Virus record (IMG/VR): IMGVR_UViG_3300003973_000003
Span: 1 to 45,338 of that record
Direction: 5' to 3' (one strand)
Length of the DNA: 45,338 nucleotides
From: a virus
The notes beneath the pieces are model-generated. The model ran no database searches, had not been told where the DNA came from, and saw only the letters and a program-made list of their open reading frames with translations. Below, in pieces: positions 1 through 9,836 of this stretch. Position 1 is the stretch's first letter; every line of letters starts with the position of its first letter. A program made the translations under genes and the position numbers.

Positions 1-1
1 C

Positions 2-619
<618 letters not shown>

Positions 620-640
620 TAGTTTGATCGCGGTTTAATT

Positions 641-666
641 AATGGGGCTTCGGCCCCATTTTCGTT
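641..666 (+). terminator. Rho-independent terminator or attenuator after the SSB-like gene
   Basis: aatggggc-ttcg-gccccatt stem with a UUCG loop, followed by a ttttcgtt tract. Confidence 0.65.
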
Positions 667-676
667 AGGGTGAATA

Positions 677-1546
677 ATGGATATCAATGAACAAGCATCT
701 TTAAGTTTGATTGCGACTCGTATTAAGGCTGACGTTGACGCAATGGCTATCGCCCGGTATGCAGACGACCATCGCACGCACTTAGGTGCTTCGACAATCG
801 CCGAAGACTGTTTGAATTACCAATGGCTTACGTTCCGTTGGGCCGACAAGGAAGATTTGTCAGGACGCATGTACCGGCTGTTTCAACGCGGCCATCGTGA
901 GGAACCTATCGTTGTTGACTATCTCGAACATATCGGTTTTAAAGTTAGCACTGTTGACCCTGAAACGGGTATGCAATGGCGGGTTAGCGGCGTCAACGGG
1001 CATTACGGCGGCTCTTTGGATGGCATCGCAACTATGCCCACAAGTTACGGCTTCGGCGATCTTCGCGTCCTGTTGGAAGTCAAAACTAACGCTACAGGGT
1101 TGTCGTTCACGAAGTTGACGAACGACGGCGTAAAGATGCAGAAACCGACGCATTACGGTCAACAGTGTGCATATGGTTTCGAAAAGGGACTCACTCATTC
1201 GCTGTACGTGAACACGAATAAGAACGACGACGACATGCATATCGAAATCATTAAACTCGATTGGGAGTTAGGAAAGCGATTGCGCGAAAAAGCCGAACGT
1301 GTAATCAATTCGCAGGAACCGCTTGGCAAGATCGCAAAGTCATCGACACACAAACTTTGTAAGTATTGCAAGTTCGTACCTGTATGTCATGACGGTAAGA
1401 AGCCTGAAAAGTCTTGTCGTTCGTGCGTCAGTGCGCGGCCTGTCGAAAATAAAGAATGGTATTGCGACAAGTGGAATGCTATAATCCCGAACAAAGACGC
1501 TATCAAGTCGGGCTGTGATAGCTGGAACGCAATCATTAACGGGTAA
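677..1546 (+). CDS. PD-(D/E)XK exonuclease, Cas4/RecB-like, with a Cys cluster
   Basis: 289 aa. GSLDGIAT...LLEVKT gives the D...ExK core. C-X2-C-X5-C (CKYCKFVPVC) plus an N-terminal Cys (AEDCLNY) matches Cas4/AddB Fe-S nucleases. There is an extra CRSC...C...C tail. SD AGGGTG lies upstream. Confidence 0.8.
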   Translation: MDINEQASLSLIATRIKADVDAMAIARYADDHRTHLGASTIAEDCLNYQWLTFRWADKEDLSGRMYRLFQRGHREEPIVVDYLEHIGFKVSTVDPETGMQWRVSGVNGHYGGSLDGIATMPTSYGFGDLRVLLEVKTNATGLSFTKLTNDGVKMQKPTHYGQQCAYGFEKGLTHSLYVNTNKNDDDMHIEIIKLDWELGKRLREKAERVINSQEPLGKIAKSSTHKLCKYCKFVPVCHDGKKPEKSCRSCVSARPVENKEWYCDKWNAIIPNKDAIKSGCDSWNAIING

Positions 1547-1549
1547 AAC

Positions 1550-3205
1550 ATGGATTTACGCTGGTATCAGAACGGGGCTGTCGATTCGTTCTTTAACTTC
1601 CTCTGTACGAAAGAAGACCCTAGGGAAAACCCGCTTGCGGCACTCCCGACGGGTACGGGTAAGTCTCCTGTTCAGGCCGGTTTCATCAAAAGGGTTATCG
1701 AAGAATGGTCTAACCAGCGTTTCATGTGCCTGACTCACGTAAAAGAGTTAGTTGACCAAAACTCCCGAACCCTACGTCGGATGATGCCTAACGCACCTAT
1801 CGGCATTCATTCGGCAGGTTTGAAACAAAAGGATTTCGCGCAGCCTATTATATTCGGAGGTGCTGGATCGGTCGTTAAAAACATAGACATGTTCGGGCGT
1901 CGTGATATCTGCTTCGTTGACGAATGCCACATGATAGGCGGGGCGGATACCAAGACCTACGCCGCCATCATTGCAGGACTTCGCCGCAACAATCCTAAAA
2001 TTAGGTTCCTGGGGTTGACCGCTACGCCGTACCGTATGAAACAGGGTATGATTACCGACGGGGGCGACCCGTTCACCGAAATATGCTACGACATGACTAG
2101 CATGGAATCATTCAACCGTTTGTTGAATGAGGGTTTCATAGCCCCGTTGGTCGCACAACCAACGTCAGTAACTTACGACGTAAGTAGTGTTAGCGTGAGT
2201 GGCGGTGAGTTCAATAAAAGCGCATTGCAATCGCAGGTCGATAACGACATGCTTAATAGGGCGTGCGTCGAAGAAATGGTTGAACGGGCGCATAATCGCC
2301 ACTGCTGGCTAGTGTTTGCATCCGGTATCGACCATGCCGAACATATCGCCGAAATGCTGCAAGAGTACGGAATCAACGCGATGGCCGTACATTCAAAGCT
2401 TGACAGCGGCGAACGTGACAGACGGATTGCGTTGTTCAAGACGGGTAAGATTCGATGCCTTGTCAACAACGGCGTATTGACAACAGGATTCGACCATCCA
2501 CCAGTGGATTTTATCGGTATGATGCGTCCGACGTTATCGCCCGGTCTGTGGGTTCAAATGTTAGGCCGTGGTACACGAATCTATGATTGGTGGACTGAAT
2601 CGCTTTACATACCGGGCTTCGACTACACTAAATATAACTGCCTTGTGTTAGACTTCGCTGGTAACACGCAACGCCTGGGGCCGATCAACGATCCCAAAGT
2701 TCCGCGCAAAAAGGGACTGGGCGGCGGCGACATGCCGATTCGAGTATGCGACCGCTGTAAGACATATAACCACGCTTCGGCGCGATACTGTGGCGGTAGT
2801 CCTACCCCGTCGTTCGCCGGATGCGGATTAGAGTTCACGTTCGAAAGTAAACTGGAAGACACCAGCAGCACGGCCCCGTTGATTGCGAACTATGAAGCCC
2901 CGACGGTTGCATACTTTGACGTTCGAAAGGTAACGTATCAACTACACAGAAAAGACGGGTCGCCCGACTCAATGCGTGTATCGTATTACTGTGGGGAGCG
3001 AAAGCCGTTCGAAGTCTGGATTGCATTAGAAAGTACAAGAGGTAAACACGTAGCATCGCAATGGTGGAAACAGGCCGACGGGGATCGAGTCCCGCAAACA
3101 ACAGCCGAAGCGTTAGAGCGCGCTCCGTATATTAGGACGCCAAAGCGCCTTAGAGTTCAAACAAACTTAACCTATCCGAAAGTGTTGAATTATGAATACG
3201 AATAG
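1550..3205 (+). CDS. SF2 DNA helicase (DEAD/DEAH, ResIII-like) with a C-terminal zinc ribbon
   Basis: 551 aa. Motifs: LPTGTGKS (Walker A), VDECH (motif II), LTATP (III), QMLGRGTR (VI), CDRCKTYNHASARYCGG...GCG. Confidence 0.9.
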   Translation: MDLRWYQNGAVDSFFNFLCTKEDPRENPLAALPTGTGKSPVQAGFIKRVIEEWSNQRFMCLTHVKELVDQNSRTLRRMMPNAPIGIHSAGLKQKDFAQPIIFGGAGSVVKNIDMFGRRDICFVDECHMIGGADTKTYAAIIAGLRRNNPKIRFLGLTATPYRMKQGMITDGGDPFTEICYDMTSMESFNRLLNEGFIAPLVAQPTSVTYDVSSVSVSGGEFNKSALQSQVDNDMLNRACVEEMVERAHNRHCWLVFASGIDHAEHIAEMLQEYGINAMAVHSKLDSGERDRRIALFKTGKIRCLVNNGVLTTGFDHPPVDFIGMMRPTLSPGLWVQMLGRGTRIYDWWTESLYIPGFDYTKYNCLVLDFAGNTQRLGPINDPKVPRKKGLGGGDMPIRVCDRCKTYNHASARYCGGSPTPSFAGCGLEFTFESKLEDTSSTAPLIANYEAPTVAYFDVRKVTYQLHRKDGSPDSMRVSYYCGERKPFEVWIALESTRGKHVASQWWKQADGDRVPQTTAEALERAPYIRTPKRLRVQTNLTYPKVLNYEYE

Positions 3206-3440
3206 TCTTGTCCAACTTGGGGTTTCCAAAGAAAGGGCGGAATTGATGGTTTCCGTTCAAATGTCGTTTCAGCGCGACTTAATGCGGCGCGGTAATTGGC
3301 AGTCGTGTTTGAACTGTCTGAACTTCGCTCCAGGCAACGGTAAGAGTGTGGGGCCGAAATGTGAGGTTGCCGGGGTACTCCCGCCACCTGACGTAATCGT
3401 GTTCGGTTGCGAGAAACACGAAGACGACATTCCATTTTAG
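3192..3440 (+). CDS. Small zinc-ribbon protein ending in EDDIPF (SSB C-terminal-tip-like)
   Basis: 82 aa. CLNC...KCEV...GCEKH gives four Cys. The C-terminus ...KHEDDIPF resembles the proteobacterial SSB tip DDDIPF. The ORF overlaps the helicase stop by 14 nt. Confidence 0.6.
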   Translation: MNTNSLVQLGVSKERAELMVSVQMSFQRDLMRRGNWQSCLNCLNFAPGNGKSVGPKCEVAGVLPPPDVIVFGCEKHEDDIPF

Positions 3441-3448
3441 AGGTAATT

Positions 3449-4468
3449 ATGGCTACTAAAAATGTAGGGCGTTCACGTGCTGTATCTAAAAAGAACGCAA
3501 TTGCCGCGCCGGGTTTGGTTGCGGCCTTGGCGTTTGTAAGTGTTGCACAACGCGCAAAGGGTCTAACGTTTCAAACTCACGTACGCATGCAACGGGGTCA
3601 ACTTTTGGCGTGTGACGGGCTTGTTACGGCTGGCCACCCAATCGAGGAAAATTTAGATGCATGCCCACAATCGGCCGTGTTCGCGGTCGCACTTAGCAAG
3701 TGTGTTGACACGTTGACGCTTACGGTCGGCGACGATTCGAAAGTCCACGTTGCATCCGGCAAATTCAAGGCTAAGATTCCTTGCGCTAACCAGGAAGAAA
3801 TGCAAGAGTGTCGTCCAGACCCTAACGTTCACGCTATAGGTGAGGGTTTCCGCGAATCCCTGGCCGCTGCCGCAATGCTGGCATCCGAAGGGGCAACGGA
3901 CTTAGTTTGCGGAAGCGTACTTGTGACGGCAAATACTGTAATCGGGACGAATCGTTTCACCATGATCGAGCATTGGCATGGTATGCGTCTTCCCGATTGT
4001 GGAATGGTAGTGCCGAAAGCCAGTTGCGTAGCTCTTGGTAAAATCGTCGGAACGCTGGTAGGGTTCGGTTATAACCACGAAGCGAAAACATGTACGTTCT
4101 GGTTTGAAAACGGTTCGTGGCTCAAAACTCAATTGATGGAAAACAAGTGGCCGAACACTACGAAAATGCTTGAGTCGGCGCATGAAGCATGGCCAGTCCC
4201 TGACGACCTGTTCGAAGGTGTTCGCTCAATCATGGCCATAGGCGACGATGACATTATCCGTTTCGAACCAAGTATGATAAGATGCGGGGGCGCTAGTAGC
4301 GAAGGGACGTATGAAGTTGAAACCGGAATCGACGGCCGCGCTTTGAACGGGAAATATCTTATCGCCCTGGCCAAGTACATCGAAACGTTCGACTATATGT
4401 CAGACCACTTAAAAGCGACATTCCGTGGCGCGAATTGCCGGGGGCTGATCGCAGCATACAAGGCGTAA
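3449..4468 (+). CDS. Putative sliding clamp (DnaN beta-like)
   Basis: 339 aa from ATG 3449, with SD agagg 8 nt upstream. Patterns such as VASGKFKAKIPCANQEEM and MVVPKASCVALGKIV resemble DnaN. The gene sits between the helicase and the polymerase. Confidence 0.55.
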   Translation: MATKNVGRSRAVSKKNAIAAPGLVAALAFVSVAQRAKGLTFQTHVRMQRGQLLACDGLVTAGHPIEENLDACPQSAVFAVALSKCVDTLTLTVGDDSKVHVASGKFKAKIPCANQEEMQECRPDPNVHAIGEGFRESLAAAAMLASEGATDLVCGSVLVTANTVIGTNRFTMIEHWHGMRLPDCGMVVPKASCVALGKIVGTLVGFGYNHEAKTCTFWFENGSWLKTQLMENKWPNTTKMLESAHEAWPVPDDLFEGVRSIMAIGDDDIIRFEPSMIRCGGASSEGTYEVETGIDGRALNGKYLIALAKYIETFDYMSDHLKATFRGANCRGLIAAYKA

Positions 4469-4469
4469 C

Positions 4470-6596
4470 ATGTTCTTTACAGACGAACAATTAGCCCGCA
4501 ACCCACGGGCTAAACAGAAACTAGCGAAAGCAGATTTCGTACCTAAGAAGCTGAAATATTTTGATACGGTTGAAATACCGTATCAAGAGTTCAGCGATAT
4601 GACACTGCTTTCGGTTCGCGGTTGTACTCTTATCTACGATATCGAGTGCTACCCTAACTATTTCCTAGCCGCGTTCAAGTGTCCGAAAACCCGATTGGTA
4701 GTCACGTTCGAGCGTTCGCCCGATGCCGACTTTGATCGGGACAAACTCGTATGGGTACTTAACAACTTTGAGTTGGTAGGTTTCAATACCCGTAAGTACG
4801 ATGAATTAATGGCGTGGCTTGCTGTTTGGGGTTCGACCAATGAACAGCTAAAGTACGCATCCGATACCCTTATTACCGTTGACGGAATGTCAGGCCCGAA
4901 GCTGGCTAAGGAAATGGGGGTAAAGATTCCGAAGACGAATCAAATCGATTTGATCGAGGTCGCCCCTCTTCGCGCCTCACTCAAGACGTATGCGGGCCGT
5001 ATGCACGCGCCGCGTATGCAAGACTTGCCGTACGATCCGGCGTTCCCGTTAAGTCGCGCCCAGGCCCGCGTAGTGCGTTTCTACTGTATCAATGACCTAG
5101 ACAATACCATTCTGCTGTGGAAAGACCTGTTACCGCATCTTAGATTGCGCGTCCAGCTTTCCGAAGAGTACGGCCAGGATTTGCGGTCACGTTCCGATGC
5201 GCAGATTGCCGAACACGTATTGACGGCCGAATGCGAAAAGATTAACGGCTACTTTGCGAAGCGTCCGATTATCAAGCCGGGTACGTGTTACAAGTATCAA
5301 CCTCCCCCGTTTATTCAGTTCGCAACACCGGAATTGCAAGCGATTTTCCGAAACATATGTGAAGCCGATTTCGTCATATCCGAAAAGGGTCAACCGAAAT
5401 GTTCGTACCTCAAGGGTTTGAAAGTACGTATCGGCGCAAGCGTGTACAAAATGGGCGTGGGCGGTCTGCATAGTAGTGAAAAGGCTACGGTACACTACGC
5501 CCGCGACGGATGGTTGTTAATTGATCGTGACGTAGCCAGTTACTATCCAGCTATCATTTTGAACAACGGTTTCTTCCCTAAGCATCTTAAAGAAACGTTC
5601 CTGCAAGTGTACCGCAGTATTGTAGATCGTCGCTTGCGTGCTAAAGGATTAATGAAGTCGTCCGACTTGTCGGTAGCCGAAACGAACGCGATCATTTCTG
5701 AGTCGCTAAAGATTACGATTAACGGGTCATTCGGAAAGCTTGGTTCGAAATGGTCGGCTCTGTATTCTCCCGACTTGTTAATTCAGGTAACTTTGACCGG
5801 CCAGCTTGCCTTGCTTATGTTAATCGAAGCCCTGCATAATGTGGGCATCAATACTGTATCGGCCAACACTGACGGTATTGTGATTAAGGTTCACGAAAGC
5901 GCGTACGACGAACTTAATCGCATCGTAGGTCTTTGGGAAAAACATACCAAGTTCGAAACCGAAGAAACGCAATATTCAGCAGTATTTAGCCGTGACGTTA
6001 ACAACTATATGGCTATTAAAAAGTACTACGATAAGAAGGTGAAACAATGGACGACAACATATCCCGAATTGAACCATAAAGGGGTGCCGTTCAAAACGTC
6101 CGATAAGGTTAAAGGTAAGGGGGTATTCGGCGAAACGACATTGAAGAAACAACCCACCAATGAGATATGCGCAAAGGCGGTTGCCGAATTTCTGCTTAAC
6201 GGGACGAGCATTGCCCACACTATCCAGGCATGCAAGGCTTTGTCCGATTTCATCACCGTTAAGAGCGTCAAAGGCGGGGCCGAAAAAGACGGGTGGTATC
6301 TAGGTAAGGCGATCCGATGGTATTACGGTCGCGGTATGCGGGGTACTATTAATTACGTTAAGAACGGCAATACGGTAGGTAATTCGGAAGGTGCGACACC
6401 GTGTATGGATTTACCGGAAGTATTCCCAAGTGACGTTGATTACGATTGGTACATCAATAACGCCGAAGGTATGCTAAAGTCGATGGGGTATTATGGTGTA
6501 GCCAAAGAAGCCACCGCGTTCGATCTGTTTACAAGTGCTAATGTGGAAGACGAACACGAAGAGGAAGACGAAGAGGAAGAATCTTTAGAGTGGTAA
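4470..6596 (+). CDS. DNA polymerase, family-B-like, with a 3'-5' exonuclease domain and an acidic C-terminal tail
   Basis: 708 aa. Exo motifs: YDIECYPNYF, FNTRKYDELM, YCINDLD. Polymerase motifs: DVASYYPAII (DxxSLYPS-like), KITINGSFGKLG, SANTDGIVI (DTD-like). The C-terminus reads AFDLFTSANVEDEHEEEDEEEESLEW. Confidence 0.9.
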   Translation: MFFTDEQLARNPRAKQKLAKADFVPKKLKYFDTVEIPYQEFSDMTLLSVRGCTLIYDIECYPNYFLAAFKCPKTRLVVTFERSPDADFDRDKLVWVLNNFELVGFNTRKYDELMAWLAVWGSTNEQLKYASDTLITVDGMSGPKLAKEMGVKIPKTNQIDLIEVAPLRASLKTYAGRMHAPRMQDLPYDPAFPLSRAQARVVRFYCINDLDNTILLWKDLLPHLRLRVQLSEEYGQDLRSRSDAQIAEHVLTAECEKINGYFAKRPIIKPGTCYKYQPPPFIQFATPELQAIFRNICEADFVISEKGQPKCSYLKGLKVRIGASVYKMGVGGLHSSEKATVHYARDGWLLIDRDVASYYPAIILNNGFFPKHLKETFLQVYRSIVDRRLRAKGLMKSSDLSVAETNAIISESLKITINGSFGKLGSKWSALYSPDLLIQVTLTGQLALLMLIEALHNVGINTVSANTDGIVIKVHESAYDELNRIVGLWEKHTKFETEETQYSAVFSRDVNNYMAIKKYYDKKVKQWTTTYPELNHKGVPFKTSDKVKGKGVFGETTLKKQPTNEICAKAVAEFLLNGTSIAHTIQACKALSDFITVKSVKGGAEKDGWYLGKAIRWYYGRGMRGTINYVKNGNTVGNSEGATPCMDLPEVFPSDVDYDWYINNAEGMLKSMGYYGVAKEATAFDLFTSANVEDEHEEEDEEEESLEW

Positions 6597-6600
6597 AGAA

Positions 6601-6627
6601 AAGCCCGGTTAGAACCGGGCTTTTTTG
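6601..6627. terminator. Bidirectional rho-independent terminator between the convergent polymerase and tail-fibre genes
   Basis: aaaagcccggt-taga-accgggcttttt: a GC-rich stem flanked by an A-run and a T-run. Confidence 0.85.
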
Positions 6628-8784
6628 TTACTTAGCTTCCAGGGCGGCAAGTCTCTTTTCAATCTCAAGTTGTCGGCGTCGCAAACCTGCCGCTATGAAC
6701 AGCGACAACTGTTCGTATCGAAGCGAATAACGGTCGCCAGCTTCACGGGTAAGACGTTTTGTTGCTGGTGAGCCTTCGATGCCTGGGGAGCCGGGGATAG
6801 CTGCCGAAATCAACACCCCGCGTTCATTGTATTCGGCCGGTCGCGCTGCCGTAGCTGGTACGGCTACGATTTCAGGGGAAGTATAATATTCGTCGCCCCA
6901 TTTGTCGTAACAAACCATACCGTACATCATCGGCGATAGTCCGTTCGCTTGCATGATTTCAATTACTTTCTGAACAGTAACCCCGACATGCAAACGGGCG
7001 CTGTCCCCTTCGGCCGCGACTTTATCGAGCCAACGGAACGTGCCTATTTCGTCGGATATCGCAATTGCGGCTTTAATTTCGGCGTCGTTCAGTTTTTCGA
7101 CTTTGGTTTTAAACCTTGAATCGGACGTAAGGATAGTACCGTTAACCGCGTATACGCTTTTCCAACGCGACCATGACGCACCTAAGTAAACTTGATCGTC
7201 ATCGTTACCCCTGAATATCGAAGTTGCACCTTCGTACGTCGCTACTATTACGGCGTGACATGCCGACGAGTTACCAGAGCCGAATAACGTTGACGTACCC
7301 TGTTGCCATATTCCGCCGAACCCGCCTTGATCTTGCAGCACCACACCACCACCGTACGAACCACCTGCAACCAAGGATGCCTTGTCTTGCCATCCTGCCG
7401 CGAACGGGTTGAATACATTGGATGATGAGCCGAGTTGGTTAAAGTTCTGTTTCACAGTAAACTGCGAACTGGACGCACGCATTGCAAACGGGCCTTGGGG
7501 TTGATTATCGACAAATAGCGTCAAACCGTCACCAGTCCAGCCAACGTTTAACTTGTTAGTCCCTTGGCCTGTCCCGCCTCCCTGTTGTACTGGAGTCCAT
7601 CCTAATACATCCTGCTTTGCTGCGAACTTAGCGGCCATCCCTCGAATATTGTTTGCGACAAGTTCGCCGGGTATTTCAACCTTGCGAGTCCCGTAAAAGG
7701 CAACAACATGTGTCGTTTCGCCGGTCTGTTCGTCAGAAGCGTACAGCGATAGCGATTGGGCTTCCTTGTATAGCGGAGTCGCGGCCCCTGCGCTATCATC
7801 GCCGCCGAGTGTTTTCCATCGCCATTGACCCCTAAAGTTGATCCCGGCACGGCCAGCAACACCGAATCCCGCCGCCGTTATCTGAGTTGTCGAGTTATCG
7901 ACACTTTGCAGCATTGATCCGAATTGCAGGGTAGCCCCGGCCGTAACTGACGCAGCACTGATTATCGACCCCGACGAAGCGAACCCTCCCGCATTTAACA
8001 ATATCGACTGATCGCCAGCACCGACCCTATATTCACGAACAGCCTGTTTCGCTGTAGCTGGTAACGTCCATCCGTTCGGCATTTCGACAACAGGACTTTT
8101 CACCCATATTGCCGTGTATAGAAACACAGTCGGCGTCGAATACGCCGCTAACTGGATATATACTTTATTTGTCGCTAAGTCGATTGCAACAGCAGGTTGC
8201 CTAAGCTTGTTACCTATAGAATAAGTACCAAGTTTGATTTCGCCGTTATTATCGCAAGCGAAATCGATATAAGTTGTACTCGTACTAGGCGTGATCGGCG
8301 CTCCCGTGTTATGACCGTAATCAACGCAACCCTGTACTATGATACTTCCGCGCTGGCCACCAGCTACAGCAAGCGTTGCGATATGAACCCAACGAGCCTC
8401 ACCGCCGACTTGTCCCACAGCCGAACTTGCGAAACACGCACCGTAAATAATGCTGTCGCTGATGAACGGGCTGTTGGTTTCAACTTGCCCTGTTATCTTC
8501 CCGCCAGCCTTGTCTAACTTGAGGTTGAGCGCTTGACTGTTCGCGGTAAGCGCGGCGATTGTTGCGTCGCTGAGTGGTTTTTCTTTATCGCTTGTATTAT
8601 TAACGCGGTCAAGCCCAATAATCGCAACAGATACACTAAGGTTCGTACGGTTAATTCGAAGCTGCGCGGGGGTCGTAGAATACACCTCTTCGATTTTCGC
8701 GTTGTTAAGTGAAACAAAGTTATTATCAACTTCGTCATACGATAAAATATCGCCCTTATTACGCCGTAATGTTATAGCTGCCAT
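6628..8784 (-). CDS. Tail fibre/spike with a C-terminal intramolecular chaperone (peptidase S74-like) domain
   Basis: 718 aa. The N-terminus LSYDEVDNNFVSL and GLDRVNNTSDKEKPLSDATIAAL are typical fibre motifs. The C-terminus reads SDSRFKTKVEKLNDAEIKAAIAI...FRW...LHVGVTVQKVIEIM...YDKW, an S74 auto-cleaving chaperone pattern. Confidence 0.85.
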   Translation of the reverse strand: MAAITLRRNKGDILSYDEVDNNFVSLNNAKIEEVYSTTPAQLRINRTNLSVSVAIIGLDRVNNTSDKEKPLSDATIAALTANSQALNLKLDKAGGKITGQVETNSPFISDSIIYGACFASSAVGQVGGEARWVHIATLAVAGGQRGSIIVQGCVDYGHNTGAPITPSTSTTYIDFACDNNGEIKLGTYSIGNKLRQPAVAIDLATNKVYIQLAAYSTPTVFLYTAIWVKSPVVEMPNGWTLPATAKQAVREYRVGAGDQSILLNAGGFASSGSIISAASVTAGATLQFGSMLQSVDNSTTQITAAGFGVAGRAGINFRGQWRWKTLGGDDSAGAATPLYKEAQSLSLYASDEQTGETTHVVAFYGTRKVEIPGELVANNIRGMAAKFAAKQDVLGWTPVQQGGGTGQGTNKLNVGWTGDGLTLFVDNQPQGPFAMRASSSQFTVKQNFNQLGSSSNVFNPFAAGWQDKASLVAGGSYGGGVVLQDQGGFGGIWQQGTSTLFGSGNSSACHAVIVATYEGATSIFRGNDDDQVYLGASWSRWKSVYAVNGTILTSDSRFKTKVEKLNDAEIKAAIAISDEIGTFRWLDKVAAEGDSARLHVGVTVQKVIEIMQANGLSPMMYGMVCYDKWGDEYYTSPEIVAVPATAARPAEYNERGVLISAAIPGSPGIEGSPATKRLTREAGDRYSLRYEQLSLFIAAGLRRRQLEIEKRLAALEAK

Positions 8785-8792
8785 AACTTTCC

Positions 8793-9533
8793 CTATGTAA
8801 AATTGGTAACGTCAATTACCATGTATTTAAACTGATATTGTTGTGTTCTCTTATGTTTCAACCCCGCTGCCGTATTTATATACATATAGTCATTCGTCCA
8901 CATGTACGCGACTTCGGAAGCGTTGGCGGATGCAACCATGAAATCGAAGTTGATCGAGCCGCTTTGAGGATCGCCGCCAGGGTCGCCAGATTGAAACCCC
9001 GCGTACCAACATAGTATAGACGGAACGACGGCAACGCGCACCCCCGGATATTGCCGTTTTCGTCCCCCTACTCCAGTTGTTTCATATATCGGGTCGTCGC
9101 CTGGGATATCCGTAATCAACCCTTCGAAATAATCAATGACCCTCATATACGGACGGGCCGACCCGAATATAACTTGATTTTGGGCGTTTCTAATCTCAAG
9201 GCCGAACGTTGTAGTAACTGACACTTTCGGCTTAGTGAACACGTAGTATGTCAAAGTGAACGGCGTTGTTGACATTGACAACACTTCGATAGTGTGCGTG
9301 TTTCCAGAGCGCCGATATGTTACTGCCGCCTTTATGTGAGACTCGAATGCTATGATTGGATATTCGGGGTTATCTACGATGATCGTACCCGCAAGACGAT
9401 ACGGGCGGGCCTGTTCGTTGACAATACGATCTACCGAAAGTGTACCTATGCGTGTGCATTCGAGGTTCATAAACGTATCGTCAATTTGTATAGATCGGTC
9501 TGCTGCGTTATCGACCTGGAAATACTTAGCCAT
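8793..9533 (-). CDS. Hypothetical tail-associated protein
   Basis: 246 aa from the internal ATG (MAKYFQVDN...). Its start overlaps the upstream stop (TAATG). It lies between the J-like gene and the fibre gene. Confidence 0.6.
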   Translation of the reverse strand: MAKYFQVDNAADRSIQIDDTFMNLECTRIGTLSVDRIVNEQARPYRLAGTIIVDNPEYPIIAFESHIKAAVTYRRSGNTHTIEVLSMSTTPFTLTYYVFTKPKVSVTTTFGLEIRNAQNQVIFGSARPYMRVIDYFEGLITDIPGDDPIYETTGVGGRKRQYPGVRVAVVPSILCWYAGFQSGDPGGDPQSGSINFDFMVASANASEVAYMWTNDYMYINTAAGLKHKRTQQYQFKYMVIDVTNFT

Positions 9534-9826
9534 TAATAAATCCCATATGTCAATTCTGCCGCAATGGTTCCATCGGCAAGAGGTGGTGGCGACCATACAA
9601 TCGAGTTGCCCACAATAGACACTCGGCATATTTCCAGCGTGGTATCGAACGCGCTACTATAGCCGTTTGTTACCGTTATCCAGGGACGACCGTTAGCGAA
9701 TCCAGGGATGCTAACCGAACCCGCATTCGGGCCGAAGGTTAGCGTCCCTAATATGCGGCAAAACTTATCAGTAATGCCGCATATCTTTAATCCACGGGCG
9801 TCGAAAACTTCTAACCCTTGTGGCAT
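9533..9826 (-). CDS. Hypothetical tail-associated protein
   Basis: 97-aa ORF translationally coupled to the neighbouring tail genes. Confidence 0.55.
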   Translation of the reverse strand: MPQGLEVFDARGLKICGITDKFCRILGTLTFGPNAGSVSIPGFANGRPWITVTNGYSSAFDTTLEICRVSIVGNSIVWSPPPLADGTIAAELTYGIY

Positions 9827-9836
9827 GTTTTACCCT

